Positions 9,683 through 19,228 of a stretch of 64,000 bases of DNA are shown piece by piece. A program made the position numbers and the translations under genes. Source of the stretch: Candidatus Kaiserbacteria bacterium RIFCSPHIGHO2_01_FULL_53_31 (GTDB taxonomy: Bacteria; Patescibacteriota; Minisyncoccia; Phycocordibacterales; Phycocordibacteraceae); NCBI GenBank assembly GCA_001781095.1, contig MFKU01000010.1:14254-78253 (forward strand). The letters run 5' to 3'. The notes beneath the pieces are model-generated. The model did no database searches, was not told the origin of the DNA, and saw only the letters and a list, made by a program, of their open reading frames with translations. Each line of letters starts with the position of its first letter. The first letter of the stretch is position 1.

Positions 9683-10633
9683 TTAATCCATCTTGAGCAC
9701 AAGACCGAGGCCGGCGAGCGCCTTGGAGATCTCTTCAATCGCCTTGTCCCCGATGCCGTCAATCTCTTTCAGCGATGAGGCCGACTTGCGTGCGAGACCG
9801 GCTGCACTCTTGATGCCCGCGCCCTCGAGCGCTCCGATTACCCTCGCCGAGAGGCCGAGCTCCGTGACTTTCACCTTGGTCGCGCCAGCACCCGGTGCAT
9901 CGCTTTCTGCAGCAGGAGCAGCCGTCGGCACGCTTACAGGAGCACTCTCCTGGAAACCGATAATCGACTTCAGCTGGTGGATCATTATCTCTATTGATTG
10001 TTCGAGTGCCGTGCGCGGTGAAATCGTGTCGTTCGTCTCGATAAAAATGCGCAGGCGGTTGAAATCGGTCCGGTCCCCGACGCGCATATTTTCCACCTCA
10101 TAGTTCACGCGGCGAATCGGCGTAAAGGTCGCATCGAGCGCGATGGTGCCGATGTCGACCTTTTCCTTCGAGAGCACCTCGCGCGGCACATAGCCGAGGC
10201 CGCGATCGATCGTCGCCTCGAGTTCGAGCGAGGCTTTCCCCGAGAGGTCGGCGATGTGCTGATCAGGATTCTGTATTTCGACCTGGCTTGGAAGCTTGAA
10301 ATCTCTTGCCGTCACTTCATGCGTACCCTTGACCGAGAGCGCAATAGTCTGCGGATCGTCGCCGTGAAGAACGAAATGCACACGCTTCAAATTTAAAAGC
10401 ATCTCCATCACGGTCTCACGCATACCTTCAATGGTCGCGAATTCGTGGGGAACGCCCTCGATCTTCACCTGTGTTACTGCGGCGCCGGGAAGCGACGAGA
10501 GAATAATGCGGCGGAGCGAATTGCCCAGCGTGTGGCCGTAGCCCGGGTAGAGCGAATCAATCTCGTATACGCCTTGTACGCCTTCTTCTGAAACGATACG
10601 AGGCTTACTCGGAAGTGTGATGTGGTATTCCAT
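9683..10633 (-). CDS. rpoA: DNA-directed RNA polymerase subunit alpha
   Basis: N-terminal domain GHTLGNSLRRIILSS, C-terminal HhH domain; 316 aa. Confidence 0.93.
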   Translation of the reverse strand: MEYHITLPSKPRIVSEEGVQGVYEIDSLYPGYGHTLGNSLRRIILSSLPGAAVTQVKIEGVPHEFATIEGMRETVMEMLLNLKRVHFVLHGDDPQTIALSVKGTHEVTARDFKLPSQVEIQNPDQHIADLSGKASLELEATIDRGLGYVPREVLSKEKVDIGTIALDATFTPIRRVNYEVENMRVGDRTDFNRLRIFIETNDTISPRTALEQSIEIMIHQLKSIIGFQESAPVSVPTAAPAAESDAPGAGATKVKVTELGLSARVIGALEGAGIKSAAGLARKSASSLKEIDGIGDKAIEEISKALAGLGLVLKMD

Positions 10634-10660
10634 AACTCAATCGTAATTACCAATAATAAT

Positions 10661-11272
10661 CTAACGTGTGTAGAATGAGAGCACAGTCGTGAGGTCGCCC
10701 GCCGGATCCGCCGAAGCGGCCGTCGGTCGCGCAACTACCGAGCCCTCCATCGCCTTCGGATTCCACGAAAGCCACGAGGGAAGCGGCCGCTCCATAAAGC
10801 GCTCGCCGAAACCGACAAGGACCCCGTGCGATTTCGAACTTTCGCGCACGGCGATCTTCTCTCCCGGCGAAAGCGCGTGCGAAGGAACGCGGATCTTCTT
10901 GTCCCCGACGAGCACGTGGCCATGCGCAACCATCTGGCGTGCCGCACGGCGCGTCGGCGCCAGGCCCAATCGCCAAACTACGTTATCGAGACGCAGTTCC
11001 AGGAGCTCGTGCAAACGGTCCGCCGGCTTCGCGCTATGCGCGGCAAGCGCTTTGTTCACATACCCGCGAAACTGCTTTTCGGGCAGGCCGTAGGTCACGC
11101 GTACCTTCTGCTTCTCGAGCATCTGCTTGCCGTACTCACTTTGGCGGCCGCGGCCACGGCGTTTGTTCTTTGCACTGCGGTCAGCGGAGAGCGCGAACTT
11201 CTGCGTCTGCGCTTTCTCAAATACTGAAACGCCGAGGCGCTTCGCGATCTTATATCGTGGTCCGGTAATCAT
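10661..11272 (-). CDS. rpsD: 30S ribosomal protein S4
   Basis: MITGPRYKIAKRLG...; S4 domain; 203 aa. Confidence 0.92.
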   Translation of the reverse strand: MITGPRYKIAKRLGVSVFEKAQTQKFALSADRSAKNKRRGRGRQSEYGKQMLEKQKVRVTYGLPEKQFRGYVNKALAAHSAKPADRLHELLELRLDNVVWRLGLAPTRRAARQMVAHGHVLVGDKKIRVPSHALSPGEKIAVRESSKSHGVLVGFGERFMERPLPSWLSWNPKAMEGSVVARPTAASADPAGDLTTVLSFYTR

Positions 11273-11281
11273 AAATATATT

Positions 11282-11716
11282 TTACACGCGGCGCGGCTTC
11301 GGCGGGCGCGGCCCGTTATGCGGCACCGGCGTCGCGTCCTTGATGGAGCGAATCTGGATGCCCTTGCTCGAGAATGCACGTAAGACCGACTGGCGCCCCG
11401 CACCGACACCACGAATGACCACCGATGCCTCCTTGAGGCCGATCATCGTTCCCTTCTCGCCGAGGAACTCCCCGACCTTCGCCGCTGCGTAGGGTGTCGA
11501 CTTGCGCGCACCGCTGAAGCCGAGCGCACCAGCCGAGGATGAAATGATCGCATTTCCCTTCTCGTCCGTGAGAATGGCCTTCGTGTTATTGAACGTTGCT
11601 TCGATATGGAGAATACCCTTCTCGAGGTGACGTTTCGTAACTCTCGACATCGCGCGCTCCTTTCTTCCCGCGTCGAGGCCTTTTCCACTTTTCTTGATGA
11701 TTCGTTTCTTTCCCAT
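11282..11716 (-). CDS. rpsK: 30S ribosomal protein S11
   Basis: GILHIEATFNNT...AGALGFSG...TPYAA motifs. Confidence 0.92.
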   Translation of the reverse strand: MGKKRIIKKSGKGLDAGRKERAMSRVTKRHLEKGILHIEATFNNTKAILTDEKGNAIISSSAGALGFSGARKSTPYAAAKVGEFLGEKGTMIGLKEASVVIRGVGAGRQSVLRAFSSKGIQIRSIKDATPVPHNGPRPPKPRRV

Positions 11717-11718
11717 AA

Positions 11719-12099
11719 TTATGTCTTTTCGAGCGTACGTCGGCCTGAGGTCATCGTCTTGCGCACGTTGCCGCGGCGCGTGCGGGAATTCGTCTTTGTG
11801 CGCTGGCCACGGACAGGAAGCCCCCGCTCGTGGCGCGCACCGCGAGCCGACTTGATATCTTTGAGCCGCTTAATATTCTGACCTATCTCACGACGCAGTT
11901 CGCCCTCGATGACAAACGCTTCGGCGAGCGAGCGGATCTTCTGCTCCTGTTCGCTTGTAAGCTCCTTGCCTTTCTTAGTGAAATCAACCTTCGCTTGTAT
12001 CAGGATCTCTCGTGCACGCGTCGGGCCGATGCCGAAGATCTGCGGCAGCGCATACGCGAGCTGTTTATCATCAGGAATCGTGACACCGGCGATACGCAT
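11719..12099 (-). CDS. rpsM: 30S ribosomal protein S13
   Basis: MRIAGVTIPDDKQLAYALPQIFGIG... Confidence 0.92.
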   Translation of the reverse strand: MRIAGVTIPDDKQLAYALPQIFGIGPTRAREILIQAKVDFTKKGKELTSEQEQKIRSLAEAFVIEGELRREIGQNIKRLKDIKSARGARHERGLPVRGQRTKTNSRTRRGNVRKTMTSGRRTLEKT

Positions 12100-12108
12100 A
12101 TAAAATAA

Positions 12109-12225
12109 TTAACCCTGGCGCGCTTTGCGGCGCGGGTTTTTCTTATTGATACGGAAAAGACGTCCGCCACGGCGGACGAGCTGATCTCCCGGCTGCTGCT
12201 TTTTTATAGACGCACGTACTTTCAT
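12109..12225 (-). CDS. rpmJ: 50S ribosomal protein L36, zinc-independent (Cys-less) form
   Basis: Manual translation [38 protein letters not shown]. bL36 framework with all four Zn-ligand Cys replaced. Below the ORF-track length cutoff. Confidence 0.8.
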   Translation of the reverse strand: MKVRASIKKQQPGDQLVRRGGRLFRINKKNPRRKARQG

Positions 12226-12303
12226 AAGATTTTGTTGTGAACGAAGTGAATTAGAAAATCTTATGCCCGCCGAAGCTTTAGCGTAGGTGGGCCATTTCCA
12301 TTA

Positions 12304-12573
12304 TTAAGTAAGCCTCCGAACAATTCTGGCGCGACCCCCGTAGGGATCGAGCACCATCTCAACCTGATCGCCCACCAGCACGCGAATACGGTGAAGGCGC
12401 ATTTTGCCCGCAAGGTAGGCGAGAACAAGTGCGCCTTCCTCCCCTGTGTCCCCTTTTGTCGAAGTCTCGGGTGACGGGCTCGCTGGCGGAACCAGACGAA
12501 CACGAAAAAGAGAATCAGGCAACACCTCTTCAACGGTGCCTACCGTCGTCTTAGTTTCCCCTCCTTCATTCAT
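12304..12573 (-). CDS. infA: translation initiation factor IF-1 with ~20-aa insertion
   Basis: [14 protein letters not shown] ... [23 protein letters not shown]...RIVRR. The S1-like IF-1 core is interrupted by [20 protein letters not shown]. Confidence 0.85.
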   Translation of the reverse strand: MNEGGETKTTVGTVEEVLPDSLFRVRLVPPASPSPETSTKGDTGEEGALVLAYLAGKMRLHRIRVLVGDQVEMVLDPYGGRARIVRRLT

Positions 12574-12622
12574 GCAGGTACCGTATCAATGTAGCAGGAG
12601 CCCCAAGAATCGTCAACATGCT

Positions 12623-13864
12623 TCAGGGATTCGTCACGACCACCCTGATAGCCGCCGGATCCTCAGGGAACGTCTGCTTCCAGAATGGCCGCAGAATGAT
12701 AATGGCGCGGCTTACCTCGGGGTAGCTGGTGAGGGCGACCTCAGCTGCAGAGCGCGTCTTCCCTGCAACCGCTGCCGCAATGCGGGCAGTATCAACGGTG
12801 TAAACGAGTGGTGCCGAGCCCGAAAGCGTAAACGAAAATGAGGTCGCCTCGGCGTCAGGCATGTGAGACGCAGGAGTGAGAGTGAGCGCGTCCGTTTTTG
12901 AAACAGTCAGAGGTTCGCCCTGATAACTCAGCCCCGGAACAGAAGACGCAATTGCCTTTCCGAGAGCGGTATTGGGGAAGACGACTGCAGTGACAATTCC
13001 CTTTTCCTTCACGTCAGCAGTTCCAGAATTAGCGGACGGCGCGAAGTCCAGTTCCTGGAATGTCGTCGTTGCAGCACCGGGAATGAGGAGATAGCCCGCA
13101 GGGATCTGACTCTGGAGGCTCTTCTCGAGATCAGCGGTCAGAGCGGTCTTCAGCGCTCGCCGCGTCTGCGCTTCAGTCGTGACGTCCACCACGGGTACAG
13201 ACCCCGATGCACCTCCCGTCATAGCCGTAGACGAACGAGCATAGACCTTATCGGCCTGTGGCGTGCTGGCAAACCCTGGAACCGTGAACGACGACGGTCC
13301 GACGTTATACGAGCCGCCCGCCTTATCGGCGAAAACCTTAGCCGTGACTTTACCCGGTACTGCGGTCGTCCCGGAGGGTACAGTCACCGCAGCATGAATG
13401 CGGAAGATGAGCCCCGCCGAGGTCGCGAAGCGCGTGTTCGTGATGAGCTGTTGCGATTTCGACTGTGTATTGTAGATCGTGACGGTCCCGGACGCCGACG
13501 ATGAAACAGTTTTCGTACCGCTCGCCTTCACACTCTGAGATGCAATCTTTTCAGCTGAAATCACTTTGAACGGCAGACCCCCTGCGCTTGAACTCGCCGT
13601 GAACGAGCTCTGGACGGACGCTGAGAGAGTATTCGGCATTACCTCAACGCTCGCATTCGAGAAATAAAAGAGCGCGCCAACGGATGCAGCAATAACGAGT
13701 ATTACAATAGTGATCGTGACGTACGGGAATCGAGGCTGTCGACCGGACGCCCGTTGCGATGCGGTATTAGTAGTAGGAGTCTGACTAAGTGGTTCCATCT
13801 CTCTCCTGCGCGAAGGCGGAATGATATCGTCAAATTTGTTCATGGAATAAAGTATACCCAGCAC
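12623..13864 (-). CDS. Ser/Thr/Ala-rich membrane-anchored surface protein, hypothetical
   Basis: N-terminal TM (VTITIVILVIAASVGALFYF) followed by ~370 aa of low-complexity S/T/A-rich sequence. Confidence 0.5.
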   Translation of the reverse strand: MLGILYSMNKFDDIIPPSRRREMEPLSQTPTTNTASQRASGRQPRFPYVTITIVILVIAASVGALFYFSNASVEVMPNTLSASVQSSFTASSSAGGLPFKVISAEKIASQSVKASGTKTVSSSASGTVTIYNTQSKSQQLITNTRFATSAGLIFRIHAAVTVPSGTTAVPGKVTAKVFADKAGGSYNVGPSSFTVPGFASTPQADKVYARSSTAMTGGASGSVPVVDVTTEAQTRRALKTALTADLEKSLQSQIPAGYLLIPGAATTTFQELDFAPSANSGTADVKEKGIVTAVVFPNTALGKAIASSVPGLSYQGEPLTVSKTDALTLTPASHMPDAEATSFSFTLSGSAPLVYTVDTARIAAAVAGKTRSAAEVALTSYPEVSRAIIILRPFWKQTFPEDPAAIRVVVTNP

Positions 13865-13953
13865 TAACCTGTTGGTAAATAGACGTTAGACTCATAGTCG
13901 GGATTTCGTAGTTACCGCCTGCATGAACATCTGTGACCGCGGTGTGCATTATG

Positions 13954-14994
13954 TCAGAGTGCTCGAATAGTATTTCGATACTGTATAGCCATGAGGAGGA
14001 GCGGGAGGTCGGGAGCAATAGTTGTCATCTGGCGAACGTAACTTGTGAGATGCGTCGCAAGGACAGGAATGATTTTCGGCGGGTTATCAGAAAGCCAAAA
14101 TGGTCTCGTGTCCATTGACTGCAGTACTTCCGTAAGAGCGGCAGCCTCTGAATCCCGTGTAAGCATGAAGATGGTTCGCGGCAGAGGATGTTCTTTGGCG
14201 ATTTCTCCAAGACCGCGCATGAGCTCTGCTGCGCCTGGTTTATCCCCCGAAGCGCGCGTCAATGCTTCGGAAACTGCAACGAGAAGCCCCTTACGTATGA
14301 GAGAGATCGTAACGAGTGGTCCCGACGCATCGACAATGATCGCGTCGCGCTCGTGCGGAAACGCGACGCGCATCGCCTGCGAGCGTACCGCACTGCCGGC
14401 CACGAGGAAAATGCGTTTGGTGTGATACAGCTTCTGCATGACCGAGAGAATGATACTGGAGACTTTTTCGGCAATAAGCGACGCAAGAATAATGATCGTC
14501 GCCTGACGCACACGTTTACCGTACGGATCGTGAACCTCGTATCCGTTCAGGATTGTGCCCAGTACGCTCATGTGGGAAATACTCTTCCCGGGGACTGCCG
14601 GGTTCATCTTGCGCAAAGTCTCGGCGACGATGCGTTTCGTAAATACGAACTCTTTCCTCTGCATAATGCGCTCGACGCGTATCTTCGTTTCCTGCCAGGG
14701 CGCATCGATCGACACAAGAACGGCATCAACACCGTTCGTACCTGTCGCGCGCACGAGCGCGGGAATACCATCGATAATCAGCGCTGTGCCGAGCAACTCG
14801 AGTGCGCGAAACATCGCGCGCTCGTGCGGTTCATTCTCTTGGATCTCGATAGGTAGACGTCGCGTATAGAGCAACACCGGCAACTCACTCTCGGAATATC
14901 GTGCGTACGCGCCCACGACTGAGCTCGCACCGATGTCGATGAGTGCCACAGACTCGCTCCGCCCGCCGCGGAAGAAATCTTTTAAAAGACCCAT
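13954..14994 (-). CDS. actin-like ASKHA ATPase (PilM/FtsA-like)
   Basis: N-terminal phosphate-1 motif VALIDIGASSV; ~350 aa as for PilM/FtsA; followed by a TM protein. Confidence 0.4.
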   Translation of the reverse strand: MGLLKDFFRGGRSESVALIDIGASSVVGAYARYSESELPVLLYTRRLPIEIQENEPHERAMFRALELLGTALIIDGIPALVRATGTNGVDAVLVSIDAPWQETKIRVERIMQRKEFVFTKRIVAETLRKMNPAVPGKSISHMSVLGTILNGYEVHDPYGKRVRQATIIILASLIAEKVSSIILSVMQKLYHTKRIFLVAGSAVRSQAMRVAFPHERDAIIVDASGPLVTISLIRKGLLVAVSEALTRASGDKPGAAELMRGLGEIAKEHPLPRTIFMLTRDSEAAALTEVLQSMDTRPFWLSDNPPKIIPVLATHLTSYVRQMTTIAPDLPLLLMAIQYRNTIRAL

Positions 14995-14998
14995 GTAT

Positions 14999-16840
14999 TT
15001 ATTCTATCACTGCTTTGATGCGCCGAACGCCACCAGACGATGCTTCTTCTTTTAATATCTTAAAGGTGCCGATGAGTTCGCTGGTATTCGAGATGTGCGG
15101 GCCGCCGCAGAATTCGATTGAGAACGCTTCCGAGAACTTCGGGTCGGCTTCGGTCGCATCCTTTGGTCCTATCGAGTACACGCTCACCTGCTCTGGATAG
15201 TTTGCGCCGAATTCGTGTTCAGCATTCAACCTTTCTGCTTCTTCTTTATTCATAACCGTGCGAATGACCGGTAATGCTTCTGCAATCTTCTCGTTTACAA
15301 TCTCTTCCACCTCAGCTTTCTGCTCTGGCATCATCTTGGTGCCGCACGAGAAGTCGATGCGCAGCCGCTCGCTCGTAATATTGCTTCCCCGCTGGTGGAC
15401 ATCGCTCCCGAGCACTTTTTGGAGTGCCTTTAAGAGCAAGTGATGCGCCGTATGATAGCGTATCGTCTGCTCTGCCTGATCGGCGAGGCCGCCCGTGAAT
15501 TTCTGTTCGGCACCCGCACGCGAGAGCGCCTGATGATCTTCCAGCTTCTTCTGAACTTCTTCCTTACTGATCAAAATTCCCTTCTCTTTCGCAATCTCTT
15601 CAGTAAGTTCAATTGGGAACCCGTAGGTGGTGAACAACATAAAGGCATCAATGTCCTTTCCCGACTTCTCGAGTTCGCGCATGCCATGCGTCAAAGTTTT
15701 TCGAAATTGCGCTTCTTCTTTTTCGAGTTCTTCGCGAATGGCAGATGCCGACTTCATAATAAATGAGTACGCGTCTGCATACGTCGCGCAATACGTCTCC
15801 GCGACCTTGCCAAGTACGGCGTCAGTGCTGCCAAGTTTATCCGCCTCGCGAATCGATCGACGAATCAGACGACGAAGTACATACCCTTGCTCAGTATTCG
15901 AGGGACGAATGCCGCTCGCTATCATAAAGGCCGCCGCGCGAATATGGTCCAGCACAATCCTGAAAGAACGAGTAGCATTTTGGTCGCCGTACATTTTCCC
16001 CGATCGATTTTCGAGCAATTCACGTGCCCCATCAAAGGTATCAATGAGGAAAATATCCGCGTTATCACGAGTCGCCGCTGTTAAGCGTTCGAGCCCGCCA
16101 CCAAAATCGACATTTCTGTTTGGTAACTCTTTGAAACTTCCATCTTCCTGTTTCGCGAACTGCATGAAGACAGAATTGCCGATCTCAATGAAGCGGCCGC
16201 AATCGCAATTTGGATGGCACGTCTTGCCATATTTCTCGTCGTGCGGAATATCGAAGTCATAAAAGATCTCAGAATCCGGACCTCCGATTTCCCCCGGCGG
16301 CATCTTGCTCGGTACCCCTGCCCTACTCCACCAATTCTTCTCGGCACCATACGAGTAGATATGGTCATCGGCGACACCAATTTCCTTCCAGATTTCCTTC
16401 GATTCTGAATCTGCTTCCATGCCGCTCGCCGCGTAGCCCGAAAACGTCGTTACGTACAGTCGCTCCGGATCAAGCCCGAGACTATCCTCTTTATTCGTAA
16501 GAAATTCATATATCCACGGCAGTTGCTCTGCCTTGAAATAATCTCCGAGCGACCAGTTACCAAGCATTTCGAAGAAGGTCGTGTGGCGGTTGTCACCCAC
16601 ATCCTCAATGTCTTCCGCTCGGAACGAGAGCTGAGAGTTAGCGAGCCGTGTGCCCGCCGGATGCGGCTGGCCCATAAGGAATGGAACCAAGGGCTGCATC
16701 CCGCTGCTTGTGAAGAGGGTCGTCGGATCGTTCTCGGGTACGATAGGTGCCGAGGGAATAATCACGTGTCCCCGTTTCGCGAAGAAATCCAGATACCGTT
16801 TCCGTACTTCCGCGACGGTCATATTGGGAAAAGATAACAC
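14999..16840 (-). CDS. alaS: alanyl-tRNA synthetase, short form lacking C-Ala domain
   Basis: Class II core (FTSSGMQPL, RHTTFFEMLGNWSLGDYFK) and editing domain HxxxH motifs (HTAHHLL); ends after the editing domain at 613 aa. Confidence 0.88.
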   Translation of the reverse strand: MLSFPNMTVAEVRKRYLDFFAKRGHVIIPSAPIVPENDPTTLFTSSGMQPLVPFLMGQPHPAGTRLANSQLSFRAEDIEDVGDNRHTTFFEMLGNWSLGDYFKAEQLPWIYEFLTNKEDSLGLDPERLYVTTFSGYAASGMEADSESKEIWKEIGVADDHIYSYGAEKNWWSRAGVPSKMPPGEIGGPDSEIFYDFDIPHDEKYGKTCHPNCDCGRFIEIGNSVFMQFAKQEDGSFKELPNRNVDFGGGLERLTAATRDNADIFLIDTFDGARELLENRSGKMYGDQNATRSFRIVLDHIRAAAFMIASGIRPSNTEQGYVLRRLIRRSIREADKLGSTDAVLGKVAETYCATYADAYSFIMKSASAIREELEKEEAQFRKTLTHGMRELEKSGKDIDAFMLFTTYGFPIELTEEIAKEKGILISKEEVQKKLEDHQALSRAGAEQKFTGGLADQAEQTIRYHTAHHLLLKALQKVLGSDVHQRGSNITSERLRIDFSCGTKMMPEQKAEVEEIVNEKIAEALPVIRTVMNKEEAERLNAEHEFGANYPEQVSVYSIGPKDATEADPKFSEAFSIEFCGGPHISNTSELIGTFKILKEEASSGGVRRIKAVIE

Positions 16841-18588
16841 TATTTCACCAGCCGTTCGAGCTCAGCGACATCGTTTTCGATACTCGAAAGCCCCTCAAGG
16901 AAGATTTCCTGCTTCTTCGTATCAAGGCCGCACGACTTGAATATGTCATACGGTGATTTGCTTTCTCCGGCAGAAAGAAAACCGTCGACTTTTTCAATAA
17001 ACTTCGGATCCTTCTTCACCTTCCCGTAGAGCGCCTTCGAAATAAGTTGTCCGTACGCATAGGAATAGACATAAAAGAATCGGCGAATATGGCTCCAATG
17101 CACGAAGAAATAGCCGTCCGAACGCTCGAGCTGTACTGCGGGCCCAAGATACGCGCACATATGCGTATTCATAAGATCGGCAATGCGCTCCTTCGGCACA
17201 TACCCTTCCTTACGAATCGCTTCGTGCAGTGATTGCTCAAAACGGAAACAAGCGATTTGCCGAAAGACGGTGGCAACGTTATCTTGCGCAGCATCGTGCA
17301 GAGCGATGATGCGCTCCTCGGCGGGAAGCATATCGATAATGCGATAGAGCGCCGCTGTTTCAAAAAAGGTACTCGCCGTTTCGGCCGTTGATATCGGATG
17401 GCCTTGATACAGCGGGCGCTGGTTCTTCGTGCGTTCGGCGTGAACAGCGTGTCCCATTTCATGTGCAAGCGTCTTTAATGACTCGAAATTATCGATGTGG
17501 TTTAGTAGTACGTACGTCGGGACCGTAACGCCCGAAGAGCAGAATGCGCCGCCCGATTTCCCTCTTTTCGGCGAAACATCTACTTGTCCATTTACAAGCA
17601 GCCGATCAAAAATATCCGCATACTGAGCACTCAATGAGCCAAACGTCTCGCGTACGATTTCAACTGCCTTTTCAAACGGCACTTTCGTCTTTATTTCGCC
17701 GACATGAGCAGCTCGGTCGGCATACGTGAGTATTTTCTCCTTTAGCAATTTACGCTTGACCTCATAGAAGCGGTGCGCGATAGGTGCGCTTCGCATGACG
17801 GCGTCAACCATCGCGAGAATGCTTTTCGGATCATTCTGATAGCCGCGAATCGTGGCTTCGAAGGGCGTCTTGAATCCGCGCAATTCGTCCTCGATTTTCT
17901 TCGTCGTATAGACTGCATTAATTTCGCTTTCAGCGACATCGCCCATACCCTCATAGATGTCACGAACGCTTCGATAGAGCTGTCGCCGCTTCACAGTTGA
18001 GAGTGTTTGGACCATGGCCTCGGCCTCAGGAAGCGGTAATGTTTTACCATCGTGTATGACCGTTTTCTTATTCAAGATATTCTCCGTTGCTTGGAGCCAT
18101 CGGCCAAAAGACACATCGCTTACGAGCGAGAGGATCTTTTCTTCCGGTTCCGAGAGGTCGTATTTTGCATTATCAAAAAGTTGCCGGAGCCAATACCCAT
18201 ATGGAGTGAGCACGGAAGCCTCGAGAAATTTCTTCTGCACGGCTTTCGAGACCTTGCCTAGCTTTAGTGTGAAGAAGAGAATCTTATTGCCACGTTTTGT
18301 GGCTCGCTCGTCGAGCTTCGCGCTCAGTGCTTCAGCCGCCTTGTCTTCGACGTCGAGCGACTTGCGGTAGGCTGTGTAGTAGCCGGCGCGGCTTGCTCTA
18401 AGCTCGATAAGCTTTTCATACTCGACAAGCGCCTTCGCGAGCGCGACGGGATTCTTTAGATAATCCTCTCGAGAACAATATTTTTTTACGAAGGCAGAAA
18501 TCGCTTTATCGGCTTGCTTCTGATCACGCTCGATTTGCGGGTCATCGAGGCTTTTATAGAGGAGCTCGAGGTCCCACGTTGTTTTCAT
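16840..18588 (-). CDS. pepF: oligoendopeptidase F (M3 family)
   Basis: HEMGHAVH zinc-binding HExxH; start taken at MKTTWDLELLYK to remove overlap with the downstream HD gene. Confidence 0.85.
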   Translation of the reverse strand: MKTTWDLELLYKSLDDPQIERDQKQADKAISAFVKKYCSREDYLKNPVALAKALVEYEKLIELRASRAGYYTAYRKSLDVEDKAAEALSAKLDERATKRGNKILFFTLKLGKVSKAVQKKFLEASVLTPYGYWLRQLFDNAKYDLSEPEEKILSLVSDVSFGRWLQATENILNKKTVIHDGKTLPLPEAEAMVQTLSTVKRRQLYRSVRDIYEGMGDVAESEINAVYTTKKIEDELRGFKTPFEATIRGYQNDPKSILAMVDAVMRSAPIAHRFYEVKRKLLKEKILTYADRAAHVGEIKTKVPFEKAVEIVRETFGSLSAQYADIFDRLLVNGQVDVSPKRGKSGGAFCSSGVTVPTYVLLNHIDNFESLKTLAHEMGHAVHAERTKNQRPLYQGHPISTAETASTFFETAALYRIIDMLPAEERIIALHDAAQDNVATVFRQIACFRFEQSLHEAIRKEGYVPKERIADLMNTHMCAYLGPAVQLERSDGYFFVHWSHIRRFFYVYSYAYGQLISKALYGKVKKDPKFIEKVDGFLSAGESKSPYDIFKSCGLDTKKQEIFLEGLSSIENDVAELERLVK

Positions 18589-18625
18589 GCCTTGTACAAT
18601 ATCAGTGTCGACTAGTAGCTGCAAA

Positions 18626-19201
18626 TTATTGCGTAGAAATTGCCTTTTCTTGCGCATGTACCTCGGCGAGACGCTTCGTGAGTCGGTGATCGGGAAGCCG
18701 CTCCTCCGCTATCTTCAGCACCTCGCCATGGAACCAGAGATACTCCTCGTTTGGTTGTCCCCAATGCTTCAAAAGTGATTCGCCTTCCTGTTCGTATTCC
18801 TCAAGTCTACTTTCGGTGTTATCTATTTTGTCGGCGATAGCAATCAACAGTGCGTCATCGCTCGCGCGTTCGACGAGCGCAATGTACTCGTTCTTTCGCT
18901 CATGCCACGATAACGTATGTTCATTTTTTTCTTTAATCTCGCTCACGGACTCGACAAGCACAGCGACGTCTTCGTTAAATACTTTCGCTATCTCCTCGCG
19001 CGTAGTGTCAGTGTCTTCGAGCGTGTCGTGCAAGAGCGCCGCCGTGACAACGTCATCGGACGCGCCGTCTTCAGCAACGAGAATTGCGACTGAAAACGGA
19101 TGGACAATATAGGGAAGCTTCCCACGAACGATGCGCATCTGGCCATGGTGCTTTCGCGCTGCGAATTGTATGGCCTTCTTAATTTGTGGAGTGTGATTCA
19201 T
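18626..19201 (-). CDS. HD-domain hydrolase of RelA/SpoT type (small alarmone hydrolase-like)
   Basis: HGQMRIVRGKLPYIVHP...LLHDTLEDT signature of the SpoT/Mesh1 HD domain; 191 aa with no synthetase domain. Confidence 0.7.
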   Translation of the reverse strand: MNHTPQIKKAIQFAARKHHGQMRIVRGKLPYIVHPFSVAILVAEDGASDDVVTAALLHDTLEDTDTTREEIAKVFNEDVAVLVESVSEIKEKNEHTLSWHERKNEYIALVERASDDALLIAIADKIDNTESRLEEYEQEGESLLKHWGQPNEEYLWFHGEVLKIAEERLPDHRLTKRLAEVHAQEKAISTQ

Positions 19202-19228
19202 AGAGCGATTGTAACACTCGAGAAATAT

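Noticed and set aside
14999-16840. alaS as a pseudogene or fragment.
   Set aside because: The ORF is intact from a start to a natural stop with complete catalytic and editing domains. The short form is likely native.
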